A DNA stretch of 64,000 bases from contig NC_058368.1 of assembly GCF_018350175.1 (NCBI RefSeq), positions 185,940,001-186,004,000 of the forward strand, read 5' to 3'. Under the pieces are notes generated by a model, which saw only the letters and a list, made by a program, of their open reading frames with translations, was not told the DNA's origin and made no database searches. The translations under genes were made by a program, and so were the position numbers. Positions 12,053 through 26,115 of this stretch are shown one piece after another (within the stretch, counting starts at the first letter, position 1; each line of letters opens with the position of its first letter). The DNA is from Felis catus. Its lineage: Eukaryota.

Positions 12053-12140
12053 CTTTGGGTTTGTAGACAGAAAAGAGAATTGCATTTTTTTTTTAATTAA
12101 AAGAAGGAAAAAAAGAAAAGAAAAAGACAAAATAAGACAA
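12053..12140 (-). promoter_or_regulatory. Microexon 3' splice-site region with split pyrimidine tracts (PTB-type UUCUCU) and an A-run
   Basis: Minus strand reads ...tctttttcttttctttttttccttcttttaattaaaaaaaaaatgcaattctcttttctgtctacaaacccaaag. Confidence 0.6.
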
Positions 12141-13953
12141 ATTAAAAATACATTTTAAAAACATAGTAAGTAAAATGAACTGAAATTATAAACACAGAAG
12201 GACAATTCTGAACTTGGAATAAAGTATATGCCTAACGTTGGAAAATGGAATTTGGGGATTTTAATAAATTAATCCACAATTACTTAACTATAAAAGCCAG
12301 TGTTGTCCACTTGTGAGGAAGCTTTCCATAGCCTGGCTTCCCTGTATAGAAGTATTGTGATTTTTATTTTCTAATTATTGTCAAAGAAGCCTTAATAGGT
12401 AAGTCTTAATAGAATGAACCAAAGAGCATATTAAATGGAAAAATAAGGTTTCAGCTTTTCCTTCACAGCTTAGTCTCTTTCTTGTTTTGATAAATCACTT
12501 GATTGTCTTAAAATAGGGAAGTCCATGAAATTCTCAGATAATTTAATTTTTTTTCAGTTTCTTTAATCTCCTCTGCAATCATATAGCTGTTAGGGCATAA
12601 AGGCTTTTTCCGAAGGACTCTTGTTTAAAAGCACACCCTCACATCCTTATCAATGCTGGAAGGTAATAATGCTGAATGGCATAGAACTCTATTCTTGGGA
12701 AAAATAATGGAAAGTGAAGAATGGGGAGAAATAATAATTTTAAAAAATACAACAACAAAAATAAAATAAGGTTAGAAAAAATGCAAAGACAAGCAAAACA
12801 GAAAGGGAAGGAAAGGACTGCATAAAGCTTAGTGAATAGTTGGGAAATTAAGGATAAGCATTTCTTTTTGTTTTAATTACCAAGAATAATGATGATTTTT
12901 TTTCTTTACCTGTTGCAAATTGTTACATTCAAGTAAATATATGCCATTTGTAGAATCTCGCCAGGTTTCCTGGAGATCCATCAGGATACAACCTAGAATC
13001 AGCTATATTTCCTCATTATAATTTAGTTCCCCCTAAGTTGGTGGGCCAGATAACTAGCCACGATCAAGGCCCTCATGGCCCTTACAGCAGACAAGGAAGG
13101 GCTATAAACTGAGGAGGCTAGGGTGACTTCCTTTGCCCCTGACTTAGAAGGGAATGGACCTTAACTTCCACAGGGCTTCCTATGAGCCAGCCGGCCACAT
13201 TCAGGTACATAAATGGGTATACTTGCTCTCTTCAACATCCATATTAAAAGATAATTGCTTTAGGCTTGTTTATCTGTGCCTTTTTATTTAAAGTTTGATG
13301 GCAAGATGAAGTCATCCTGCCTTTTTCCAAATCATTGAAATCAATCCTTGTCGGTAAGTGTATAAATCATCAACATCAACCATTGTCATCATCAACTATT
13401 AAAGGTAAGGACTTCCATTTGTAAGGTACCATGTAATGCTTTTTACCTTCATTGCCACAGTAGTCCTTTGAGGTAATTATTTTAAAAAAATACATATTTT
13501 GTATATGAGTAAACAAAGACACTCAGAGGCTAAGTAACTTGCCTAAACAATAGAGTATCATTTCATTTAAAAACAAAATGATATACATTTTGGTATGAAA
13601 CCAATAGTAGTACTCTGGTGGTAACATGCACAGAGACAGTTACTTGCAAAAATGTGGTGATCTTTGAAGTTTCAAGAACATTATGGCTTCCTAGTGGAAA
13701 GCCTTGAATGAAAATGTTATTTTAAAATAACAATAACTTAAGAATGTTATTGTAAGGAACAGAAAGGTGACAATAAATAGAAAATAAATGCAGGTGTCAG
13801 CAATATTTATAATTCCCATGAAATGAAAAGAGTGGGAGTCTTCCTTCATGAATCAGGTCTCTCCCAAATAACTAATGACCAAAATGAATTCTTATGTCCT
13901 AGCCAAACTCATACATTCTGTTTTCATTTTGGAACCCAAATCACTGAGGTTTA

Positions 13954-14932
<979 letters not shown>

Positions 14933-15281
14933 TATGATATAGAAAGAAGATGGTGGAGTAGAAGAATCATGAGTTCACCAACCTCACAGATATACCAAGG
15001 TGTAACAACTACCTATATTGCAACTCACTCTGAAAATGACCTGAAGATTGGCAGAATAGATCTTCTCTAACAGCTAAAGTAATAAAAAGAAGGCTACATC
15101 AAGAAGGGTAAGAGGAACAGAGATATGTTGAGGAACTTAACTGCTGCAGCTACCAACAAGTAGGAGGGACATCAGAAGCATGGAGGAACAATGGGATCAA
15201 GCCCCATACTGGGCCCCCCAGCCCTGGGCTCCTACACTTGAGATGAGTTGCTATGTCTGGTTTTAAAAATCAGCAGGGCTT

Positions 15282-15476
15282 GGGGCAGCTGGGTGGCTCA
15301 GTCAGTTAAGTGTCTGACTCTTGATTTTGGCTCAGGTCATGATCTCACAATTGTGAGATAAGAGACCCATGTTGGGCTCCATGCTGAGCATATAGCCTAC
15401 TTGGGATTTCTCTCTCTGTTCCTGCCCCACTTGTGAACACTCTCTCTCAAAATAAAAGTAAATAAACATTTTTTAA
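15282..15476 (+). mobile_element. CAN-SINE (older subfamily) in L1 5'UTR
   Basis: TSD aaaaatcagca(g/t)ggctt. Confidence 0.9.
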
Positions 15477-16196
15477 AAAAATCAGCATGGCTTAACTCCA
15501 GGAGAGCCAGAAGGTTATAAGGACACAAAGTCTTGACTTTTAAAGAGCCAGCACTGAAGAAGCAGTAAGAAAAGTGCCAACTTTTCAAACACAGAAGAAC
15601 CAGTTTGAAAAGGATATTTATGACTGATTTTCAAATATGTGCCAGAGGGTCAGAAATCTGCAGAAGCTTTCTCCAGGAAAAGAGGTACTGACAGGCGCCA
15701 TTTTTCTTGGCATGCTTCAGCCTAGATATCTGGATGCTTGCAAGGGCCATTTCTGAAATTCTCTTCTTTGTGAGCAGCACTTGCACCACCCCCTCATTCC
15801 TCAATAGGTCCATCCCACATAATCCACCCTCCTCAGCAGGCACCCCTCCAAAGTGACTGCTGTCCTGACATAACCAGCCACGTAGCCTCAGTTGGGACCA
15901 GTGACCCCTCAAAGAGTCTATTGCCCCTATAAACAGGCCTCTCCACTAGCTGTGTGAGGGGCAGACCCCACCCACCAATGTGCCCACAGCAGTATAGCCA
16001 CAACAGGAAGATGCACACACAGGGGATATCTCTGGGGCACCTGGCTCTGGAAACAAAGGTATATTATGCTGTGGGGCACCACGGGATGCCTCCACCATAA
16101 AGCTACTAATTTCAAGATCAGATATAGCTGACCTACCTGATACATAAAAACAAACACAGAGAGTTACACAAAATGAGGGGACAGAGGAATATGTTC

Positions 16197-16236
<40 letters not shown>

Positions 16237-17463
16237 AAGACAAAACCACAGAAAAAGAGCTAAACAAAATGGACATAAGCAAAATCCCTGGAAAAGAGTT
16301 CAAAGTAATGGTCACATGGCTTGAGAGGTGGGTGAGTGAACACAATGAGAACAACAAAAAAATAGAAAATATAATGAACTAGTCAGAGCATATAATTGTA
16401 ACTAAAAATGCACTAGAAGGAATCAACAGAAGATTTGAGGATGCAGAAGAATGGATGAGTGAACTGGGAGACAGGGTAATGGAAAGCACCCAAGCTGAAC
16501 AGCAAAAAGAAAAACGAATTTGAAAAAATGAGAATAGGTTAAGGGATCTCTGAGACAACACAAGCATACTAACATTTGCATTATAGAGGTCCCAGAGGTG
16601 AAGAGAGAAAGAAGGGAATAGAAACTTATTTGAAGAAATGACAGCTGAAAACTTCCCTAATCTGGGAAAGAAAAATGACATCCAGGTCCAGGAAGTCCCA
16701 AGCAAATCCAAGGAGGTCCACACCATGACACATAATTAAAATGGCAGAATTTAAGATAAGAAAACAGCAAGAGCGGGGCAAACAGTTACCTAACAGGCAA
16801 AACCCTCTAAAGTCCTCAGCTAATTTTTTCAGCTGAGACTTTGCAGGCCAGAAGGGAGTAGCATGATATTAAAGTGCTGAAAGGAAAAACAAACCTATAA
16901 ACAACAATACTCCACCGGAAAAGGCTGCTATGTAGAAGGAAAGAGAGTTTCCTAGACAAATGAAAGTTACAGGATTTTATCACCACTAAACTGGCCTTAC
17001 AGGAAATGTAAAAGGAACTTCTTAAGTGGAAAATAAAAGGCTAAACCTAGAGGAAAATTATGAAAGAAAGAAAAATCTCAATGGCAAAAGCAAATATACA
17101 TTAAAGTTAGCAAATTAATCATTGAGCTAGTATGAAGGTTAAAATGCAAAATTAGTATAATCAGCTATATCTACAAAAATTAGTCAAGGAATACATAAAA
17201 TAAAAAGATGTTAAATATGACATCATATACATAAACATGGAGAGTAAAAATGTAGTGTTTCAGAATGTATTTGGACTTAAGCAGCCACCAACTTAATATA
17301 GACTACTATATACTTAGGATGTTATATATTGACCTCATGGTAATCACAAACTAAAACTTAAAATAGATGCACCCTCAAAAAATAAAGAGAAAATAATTGA
17401 AGCATAACATTAAAGAAGGTCATCAAACTATGAGGGAAGAGAGCAAAAGAAGATAGAAGTATA

Positions 17464-17667
17464 GGGGCACCTGGGTGGCTCAGTTGGTAAGCATCTGACT
17501 TCAGCGCAGGTCATGATCTCACAGTTCATGGGTTCAAGCACTATGTCTAGCTCTGTACTGACAGCTCAGAGCCTGGAGCCTGTTTTGGATTCTGTGTCTC
17601 CCTCTCTCTCTCTCTGTCCCTCCCCTGCTCATGGTCTGTCTCTCTCAAAAATAAACATTTAAAAATA
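17464..17667 (+). mobile_element. CAN-SINE, left arm of inverted pair
   Basis: SINEC head, body and tail. Confidence 0.93.
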
Positions 17668-17680
17668 TTATTACTTAAAA

Positions 17681-17873
17681 TTTTTTTAAAGTTTATTTTT
17701 GAGAGAGAGAGAGTGGGTGATGGCAGAGAGAAAGACACACACACAATCCAAAGCAGGCTCCAGGCTCCCGGGTATCAGCACAGAGCCCAATGTGGAGCCC
17801 AAACTCACAAGCCATGAGATCATGACCTGAGCCAAAGTAAGATGCTTAACCAACAGAGCCACACAGGTGTCCC
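17681..17873 (-). mobile_element. CAN-SINE, right arm of inverted pair
   Basis: Reverse SINEC directly after the tail of the previous copy. Confidence 0.93.
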
Positions 17874-18360
17874 TAAACCAAAATTAATGAGAAGACAATA
17901 ATTAAAAATGGCAATAAATATATACCTACTGATAATTACTTTAAATGTAAATGGACTAAATGCTTCAATCAAAAGACAGAGTGACTGAATATATTAAAAA
18001 AAAAAAAAAAAACAAGACCCATCTTTATGCTGCCTAAAAGAGACTCACTTCAGACCTAAAGACACATACAGACTGAAAGTGAAGGGATAGAAAAAGATAT
18101 TTCATGAAAAGGAAAGTAAGAAAAACTAGAATGGCAATACTTTTTTTTCAGACAAAATAGACTTTAAGGCAAAGGCTGTAACAAGACAAAGAAGGGCATT
18201 ACATATAATAAAAAGACCAATGCAACAAGAGGGCATAACACTTGTAAATATCTACACACACCCAACATAGGAGCACCTAAACATATAAATATTAACAGAC
18301 ATAAAAGGGAGAAATTGTCAGTAATACAATAATAATAGGGGACTTTAAAAGCCCATTATT

Positions 18361-18587
18361 GGGGCGCCTGGGTGGCGCAGTCGGTTGGGCGTCCGACTTC
18401 AGCCAGGTCACGATCTTGCGGTCCGTGAGTTCGAGCCCCGCGTCAGGCTCTGGGCTGATGGCTCAGAGCCTGGAGCCTGTTTCCGATTCTGTGTCTCCCT
18501 CTCTCTCTGCCCCTCCCCCGTTCATGCTCTGTCTCTCTCTGTCCCAAAAATAAATAAACGTTGAAAAAAAAAATAAAAAAAAAAAAA
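18361..18587 (+). mobile_element. Young felid CAN-SINE in L1 ORF2
   Basis: Nearly identical to 1957-2178, CpGs intact, TSD taaaagcccatt. Confidence 0.96.
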
Positions 18588-18832
18588 TAAAAGCCCATTT
18601 ACATCAATGGATAGATCATTCAGATGGAAAATCATTAGAGGAACAGTGGCTTTAAATGACATATTAGACCGAAGGGACTTAATAGATATACACAGAAAAA
18701 TCCATCCCAAAACAGCAGAATACACATCCTTTTCAAGTGCACATGGAACATTCTCTAGGGATAGAACACACATTGTACCACAAAACAAGTCTTAATTAAT
18801 TTAAGAAGCACAATTATATGAAAGTAGAGATT

Positions 18833-19044
18833 GGGACACCTGGGTGGCTCAGTTGGTTAAGCATCCAACTTGGGCTCAGGTCATGATCTCACGGTTTGTG
18901 AATTTGAGCCCTGCATGAAACTCTTAGCTGTCAGCACAAAGCCTGCTTGGATCCTCTGTCCCGCTCTCTCTCTCTCTGTCCCTCCCCTGCTAGTTCTCTC
19001 TTTCTCAAAAATAAACAAACTTAAAAAATACTTTATAAAAAAAT
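18833..19044 (+). mobile_element. CAN-SINE
   Basis: TSD aaagtag(aga/aaa)t. Confidence 0.9.
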
Positions 19045-19666
19045 AAAGTAGAAATCAATTATAAGAAAAGAACTGGAAGAAACACAAAGACAGCCCACTG
19101 CTAAAGAACAAATGAGTCAAGAAAGAAATCAAAGAGGAAATAAAAAAATACCTAGAGACAAATGAAAATAGAAATAATACGGTTCAGAATCTTTGGGAGA
19201 CAGCAAAAGCAGTTCTGTGAGGGAAGTTTATAGCAATACAGGCCTACATCAACAAACAAGAAAAATCTCAAGTAAAACTTAATCTCAAATCTAGCTTTAC
19301 ACCTCAAGGAATTAGAAACAGAAGAATGAAGCCTAAGGTTAGTAGAAGGAAGGAAATGATAAATATCAGAGTAGAAATAAATGAAATAGAGACTAAAAAG
19401 GAAAAGAAACTAAAACTTGTTCTTTTAAAAGATAAAATTGAGAAATCTTTAGTAAGACTAATCAAGAAAAAAAGAGAAAGGACTCAAAGTCAGAACTGAA
19501 AGAGAACTTGTAACTGATAAGACAGAGATATAAAAAATAACGGACTATTTTGAAAAATGTGTGCCAAAAAAATGGATAGCCTAGAAGAAATGGATAAATT
19601 CCTAGAAATTTACAATCATCTAAGACTGACTCAGGACGAAATTTTTTAAAAAATGAGCAGGCTAAT

Positions 19667-19880
19667 GGGGCACCTGGGTGGCTCAGCTGATTAAGCATCC
19701 GACTTTGGCTCACATCATGATCTCACAGTTCTTGAGTTTGAGCCCTGTGTCAGGCTCTGTGCTGATAGCTCAGAGCCTGGAGCCTGCTTCAGATTCTGTG
19801 TCTCCCTCTCTCTCTGCCCCTCCACAGCTCACACTCTCTCTCCCTCTCTCAAAACTAAACATTAATTTTTTTTTAATTTG
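19667..19880 (+). mobile_element. CAN-SINE
   Basis: TSD aaaaatga(g/a)caggctaat. Confidence 0.93.
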
Positions 19881-20582
19881 AAAAATGAACAGGCTAATTA
19901 CTAGTAATGAAATTGATTTGGTATTCAAAAAAACTCGAACAAACAAAAGTCTGAGACTAGATGGCTTCACAGATGAATTCTACCAAACACTTGAAGATGA
20001 CTTCATGCCTATTCCTCTCAAACTATGCAAAAAATGGAAGAGAATGCTCCAAATTCATTTTATAAGGCCAGCATTACCCTCATAACAAAACCAGAAAAGA
20101 CACTACAAAAGAGAGAGAAAGAAAATTGCAGACCAATATTCCTGATAAATATAGATGCAAAAATTCTCAACAAAATGTTAGCAAACTGAGTTTAACAATA
20201 CATTAAAAGGATCATTCAATACTATTAAGTGATATTTATTCCAGGGATGTGAGGATGGTTCAGTATGTGCAAATCAATCAATGTGATGTACTACATTAAC
20301 AAAATGAAAGATAAAAATCATTTTAAAAAATCATAGCATCTCAATAGATGCAGAAAGGCATTTGACAAAATTCAACATCCATTCATGATAAAAACTCTCA
20401 ACGAAATGTGTATAGAAGGAATGTACCTCAACATAATAAAGGCCATATATGAAAAACCCACAGCCAACACCGTAATGGTGAAAAGCTGAAGAATAAGACA
20501 AGGATGTCCACTCTCACCACGTTTATTTAACATAGTATCAGAAGTCCTAGCTATAACAAATAGATAATAAAAAGAAATAAAT

Positions 20583-20812
20583 GGGGGCACCTGGGTGGCT
20601 TAGTGGGTTAAGCATCTGACTTCAGCTCAGGTCATGATCTCACGGTCCGTGAGTCTGAGCCCCATGTTGGGCTCTGTGCTGACAGCCTAGAGCCTGGAGT
20701 CTGCTTCAGATTCTGTGCCTTCCTCTCTCTCTGCCCCTCCCCTGCTCATGCTCTCTTTCTCTCTCTCAAAAATAAACATTAAAAAAAAGATTAAAAAAAT
20801 TTTTTTTAAAAA
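20583..20812 (+). mobile_element. CAN-SINE
   Basis: TSD aaaaagaaataaatg. Confidence 0.93.
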
Positions 20813-23152
20813 GAAAAAGAAATAAATGGTATCTGAATTGGTAAGGAATAGGTAAAACTGTTAACTATTTGCAGATGGTATGATACTACATACAAAAAAC
20901 CCTAAAGACTCCACCACAAATCCTTTTAATTGCATCAAAAATAATAAAATACTTAGGAATAAATTTAACCAAGGAAGTGAAAGACCTGACTCTGAAAATG
21001 ATTATAAATTGAAGACAGCACAAACAAGTGGATAGAACATGCTCATGATTTGGAAGATCTAATATTGTTAAAATGTCCCTATTACGCAAAGCAATCTACA
21101 GATTCAGTGCAATTTCTGTCAAAATAACAAAAGCATTTTTCCCAATCCTACAATTGTGTGGAGCCATACAACATCTTTCATAGCCAAAGCAATCTTGATG
21201 AAAGGCAAAGTTGGAGGTATCACAATCCCAGGTTTGAAACAATACCATGAAGCTGTAGTAGTCAAGAGTATGGTACTGGCACAAAAACAGACACATAGAC
21301 AAATGGATCAGAAGAAAAGAGCCCAGAAATGAATCCATGCATATATGGCCAATTAATCTACAAGAAAGGAGGCAAGAATATGCAATGAGAAAAAGAAAAT
21401 CTCTTTGATAAATAGTGTTGGGAAAACTGGACAGCTATGTGAAAAATAATGCAACTGGATCACTTTCCCGCATCATCTACAAAAATAGACTCAAAATGGA
21501 TGAAAGATCTAATGTAAGACCTGAAACCATAAAACTCCTAAAAGAAAACATAGCTGGTAAACTCATGGACCTCAGCCTTTGCAATATTTTTTTTCTGAAT
21601 ATGTCTCTCCAGGCAGGGAAAACAAAAGAAACAATAAACAATTGGGACTGTATCAAACTAAAAACCTTTGGCATAGCAAAGGAAACCATCAAGAAAACAA
21701 AAAGGCAACCTACAGAATGGAAGAAGATATTTGCAAATGATATCTCTGATAAGGGGTTAATATCCAAAATATATTAAGAACTCCTACAACTCAACACTAA
21801 AAAAGTAAAGAATCCAATTAAAATGATCAGATGATGTGAATAGACATTTTTCCAAAGATGACTCACAGAAATGGCCGAGATACTCATGAAAATATGCTCA
21901 GCATCACTAGTTATTAGGGGAATGCAAATCAAAATTACAGTAAGATATTACCTCACACCTGTCAGTGTGTGTCAGTTTGCTAGTATCAAAAAGACAAGAA
22001 ATAGCAGTCTTGGCAGGGATGTGGAGGAAAAGGAACCATTGCACACTGTTGTTAAAGATGTAAATTGGTGTAGCCACTCTGCAAACAGTATGGAAGTTCT
22101 TCAAAAAACTAAAAATAGAAGTTCTACATTATCCAGTAATTCCACTTCTGGGCATTTACCTGAAAAAAATGAAAATCCTAATTCAAAAAGATATGTGCAC
22201 CCTTATGGTTATTGCGGTGGCATTTAGAATAGCCAAGACATGGAAGAAACCCAAGTATCCATTGATAGATGCATGGATAAAGATAACATAAAATCTTTCC
22301 TTTTGTGACAACATGTATGACCCTAGAGGCTATTATGCTTAGTGAAATACATCAGGCAAAGACAAATGCCATATGATTTCACTTATATGTGAAATCTAAA
22401 GACAAATGTACAAATGAGCAAACAACAACAAGAATAGAAACAGACTCATGAGAACAAACTGGTGTTTGTCAGAGGGGAGGTGGGGAGGGACATAGGCAAA
22501 ATAGGTGAAGGGGATTAAGAAGTACAAACTTCCAGTTATAGAATAAATAAGTCACGAGAACCATGTGGCTCTCTTGGGCCATTATGTCTTAGTTAAAATC
22601 AAGTTTCCTCTGATTTTCTGTTATGAAATTCTCAAGAGGGGAAAGATCTGTGCTGGTTGAAATCACTTCACAGAAAAGAGTAGCCTTTCACAGAGAGGGA
22701 GGAATGATCAGGGAACTGCAGTTATAAATCCTATCCTCTTTCCTATATTATTATTATGGAATAACCCATCTCCCTTCCTAGTCTGTATACTCTGAGACAA
22801 CAGAAAAGACCTCTATCTTAATGTCCTTTGTGATTTTATGGACAAGTGTAGTTCTTGGACTCAATATCTTTTGAGTTCATAAATGAACCAATCAATGAAT
22901 AGTGTATACATGAAAGGACAGAGACAGTTACCCTACATTTGAAAATATGATTTCATATTGATGACTTGGAGGAGAGAGTTTTAACTGCACATAAAAGCAG
23001 CTAACATTTATGGATCTCCTTCTTTGTCCAGGTACTGTGTCAGGCACTTGATGTATTATCCTCACAATGAGGATTATCACTGTTATCCCTTTTTTTTGCA
23101 GGTGAAAAAAAGCACCGAAAAAATAAGAAATTTGTCCAAGGTAGTAAGTGAC

Positions 23153-23179
23153 AGAGATGAGATGAGATGAGATGAGATG
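23153..23179. repeat. (GAGAT)n microsatellite within a MIR
   Basis: About 5 perfect units. Confidence 0.85.
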
Positions 23180-23215
23180 CAAGCCTGTGGAATCTGATTT
23201 AAAGCACAATGCTCT

Positions 23216-23436
23216 GGGGCACCTGGGTGGCTCAGTAGGTTAAGCATCTGAATTCGGCTCAGATCATGATCTCGTGGTCCATGGGTTTGAGTCCTGTGTC
23301 AGGCTTTGTGCTGACAGCTCAAAGTCTGGAGTCTGCTTTGAATTCTGTGTCTCACTCTTCTCTCTGCCCCTCCCCACTCATGCTCGCTCAGTCTCTCTCT
23401 CAAAAAATAAATAAATTAAATAAATAAATAAATAAA
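23216..23436 (+). mobile_element. CAN-SINE
   Basis: SINEC head and body with (AAAT)n tail. Confidence 0.92.
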
Positions 23437-24669
23437 ATGCTATGTTCTGACCCATATTGTTATATTCTTTCGTTCTCTACAAATATGTATCTAATATGCA
23501 GCATGAAGCCCCAGACACTTGGAAGCTAGTGTATATTCCTAATCTGGGATGATGTGGACTGTGGGTCTTCCATATTGCCATGGTAGAACTTCAGCAATGG
23601 CCAAATTTCTCCTCTACAAACTGGGATGGTGTGGAGAGGGGCAGACCCCATAGTATTCTCATGAAGATTAAGTAATGTTCATTAACTGTCAATTCCTAGT
23701 AAGATATCAGTAAATGTAAGATATTTATTTTAGAGAAGAACAGTCTGCTTCTCAAACTGAAAAAGCTTCACTTTAGTTGTCTATGCATTAATTCATGTAG
23801 AAGTTCTTGACTACTTAATTACAGTTGATATTTGGGGGAGGAGAATTTAAAAACTAAATTGGGACCTGACCTTCCCTTCACATTCAGGCCTCAAGCCACA
23901 CTTGACCTATGGAGGAGTGAAAATGTCAGTATTTATAGTAGATACCATAGATAAATTCACTTCAGAAAATCTGACAGATCTGACATGTAAGTTAAACACT
24001 TATCAAGCAAGTTGAGAAAATGTTATTTAGGCTACTTGGAAGTTCATCACAGCCATTTAAAAGAAAAACCTTAAGGAAACTGTTTCATGATATTTTCAAG
24101 TTTCTGCTGGGAGCCTCAGGAAAGAGAACAATGAGTGGCAGACAAGTGTAGTTTCAACTCATTCACCAACCAACAAGATAGCTGGGGGTGGTTTTTAAGC
24201 GCAGTTTTGCTAAGCAAAGAATTAGACTTCTCTTACCTGGGATGGATGAAAAATATCCACAAGTTTTATCAATTCCTCCAGTCCTGGCATCAAGTAAGCT
24301 CTCAGGCATGTTACCTCACGTTACTTAGGTGAAAAATAGGTACTTAAGTACCTCAGGTTACTTAGGTGAAAAATACCAACTGGTATTTTTATCATTTCAT
24401 CCATCGTCATTAAATCATGATTAAGGTTTACCAGCTACCACCTGCATACCAAACTACATTCAAGTGTTACAAGCTCCAAGATAACTGCTCCCCCCATGCC
24501 CTTGTGGTCTGAGCTCAGAAAGCAGCCAGAATCTGAGCCACACAGGTATATTTATCTCACTTACTAAACAACTTGCCTATCACTATTCTGCAGCAAGAAA
24601 CTTAGGATCCACAGGGGTTTAGAGTCATCTGGTTTAACTCTAGGTTATAAACACTGGAAAAGGTAATAT

Positions 24670-24830
24670 GATCACACATTTGAATCACCTGCAAAATTGC
24701 TTTTTAATCCTGACACCCAGGCCATGATTTCAAAAATGAAATCGACATGTCCTGTGATTGGGCTGAGGCAGCTGTACTTTTAATGGCACTCTGGTGATTT
24801 AAATGCACAGTTAAATTTAAGAAGTTCTAC
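24670..24830. mobile_element. MER5-like hAT-Charlie fossil
   Basis: gaatcacctg...acacccaggcc...ctggtgatttaaatgcacag motifs. Confidence 0.55.
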
Positions 24831-25817
24831 ATCAGGAGAAGACAGCAAAGTTAATACAGAGAAACTGTGTCAGTTCAGCTGGCCCACCTTTCCCCACTAC
24901 AGCCTTCAACAAGGCCTCACAGAGCAAATATAAGTCCCATTATCCAAGGTGCAGATAGATGTACTATCTGCTGGTCCTGTGACTTTGTTAATGTCATTTA
25001 ACATTGCAGCCCTCTGCTTACCCCTAAAATATGTGATAATAATTTTTATTGTCATTTCAACTTCTATATGCACTTGTAAAGAGCAGAAAGGGCACAGGTG
25101 CTATATTAAACATGCAGGACTTGTAGTCAAAGATTAACAAATAGGAACACCTACCTGTTATTTGTTCAGGGGCCTCTCCCTCATTCCTTAGCTCACTCAC
25201 CTAGATCCCTTCTCCTACCATGGTGCTTTGCCAATGAGCATTCACTTAATGGGTGGTCGAAATGAATTACCAAATGGTCTTAAGAGGGGTTTTGACCAGC
25301 AGAAGTCTGAATTTCAAGAGAAGAGATTGATTTAAAAGCTTTTCCTTAAAATATCTTTGATAGGGGTAGATTGAAATGCATTAATGCATTTGTTCCATCC
25401 ATTCTTAAGAGCATACATTACTTGAATAATCACTGAGGTACCAGCTATGCACCAGGCACTATACTGGGAATGAAAAAAAAAAAACATTTATATTCTGTTG
25501 TGAGAGACAGACATGTGAGCATGTAATGCAATGCATTCTAATCACAGTGACAAGTAATGGTCCTAAAGTAATAGTCTCAACATATTTTGGATTTGTTTCA
25601 ACTTAAAGTATCAGACAAGATCTCATGACTTTTGAATAGGACTTGTAATAAAGTACTCCATATAACAGAAAAATCAAAATAAAACTATTTTGAAAATTGG
25701 GAAAATAAATTAGGTTTAGAAGAGGATAAACATGCAAATGATGTCTTCTTCCCATAACATCTTTTGCCCTCAGTTTTAATAACCTGGTACAGGTCATTTT
25801 GTCTGAAAATGACTATC

Positions 25818-26115
25818 TAGTTGACCCTTGAACTACATGGGTCCACTCTATTCAGATTTTTTTCAATAAAAACAGCACAGTACTGTATTTTCTCTTCCTT
25901 ACGATTTTCTTAGCATTTGCTTTTCTCTACCTTACTTTACTGTAAGATCATACAGTACATAGATCGTGTAGCATACAGTGTGTGTGTTAGTGGTAAGGCT
26001 TCCAGTCAACAATAGGCTATTAGTACTTAAGTTTTGGGAGAGTTAGAAATTATCCATTGATTTTTGCACAGGTGGATCAAAACCCTTAATCCTCACATTA
26101 TTCAAGGGTCACCTG
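25818..26115. mobile_element. Tigger2-like non-autonomous DNA transposon
   Basis: TIRs tagttgacccttgaa ... ttcaagggtcacctg followed by TA. Confidence 0.8.

Larger units (their letters stand above)
14942..22557 (+). mobile_element. Near full-length decayed L1 (carnivore clade), antisense to GABRG2
   Basis: 5'UTR begins aagatggtggagtag. ORF1 remnants at about 16170-17030. ORF2 starts near 17908 (EN: HPKTAEYTSFSSAHGTFSR; C-terminal part: KRQPTEWKKIFANDISDKGLISKIY). Many stops and frameshifts. The 3'UTR is cut short. Confidence 0.93.

Noticed and set aside
16173..22227. L1 ORF1/ORF2 peptides as an active retrotransposon
   Set aside because: Fragmented by stops, frameshifts, deletions and seven SINE insertions.
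24312..24375. CRISPR-like repeat-spacer-repeat
   Set aside because: Only two units, a 10-nt spacer, mammalian intron context and no cas genes.
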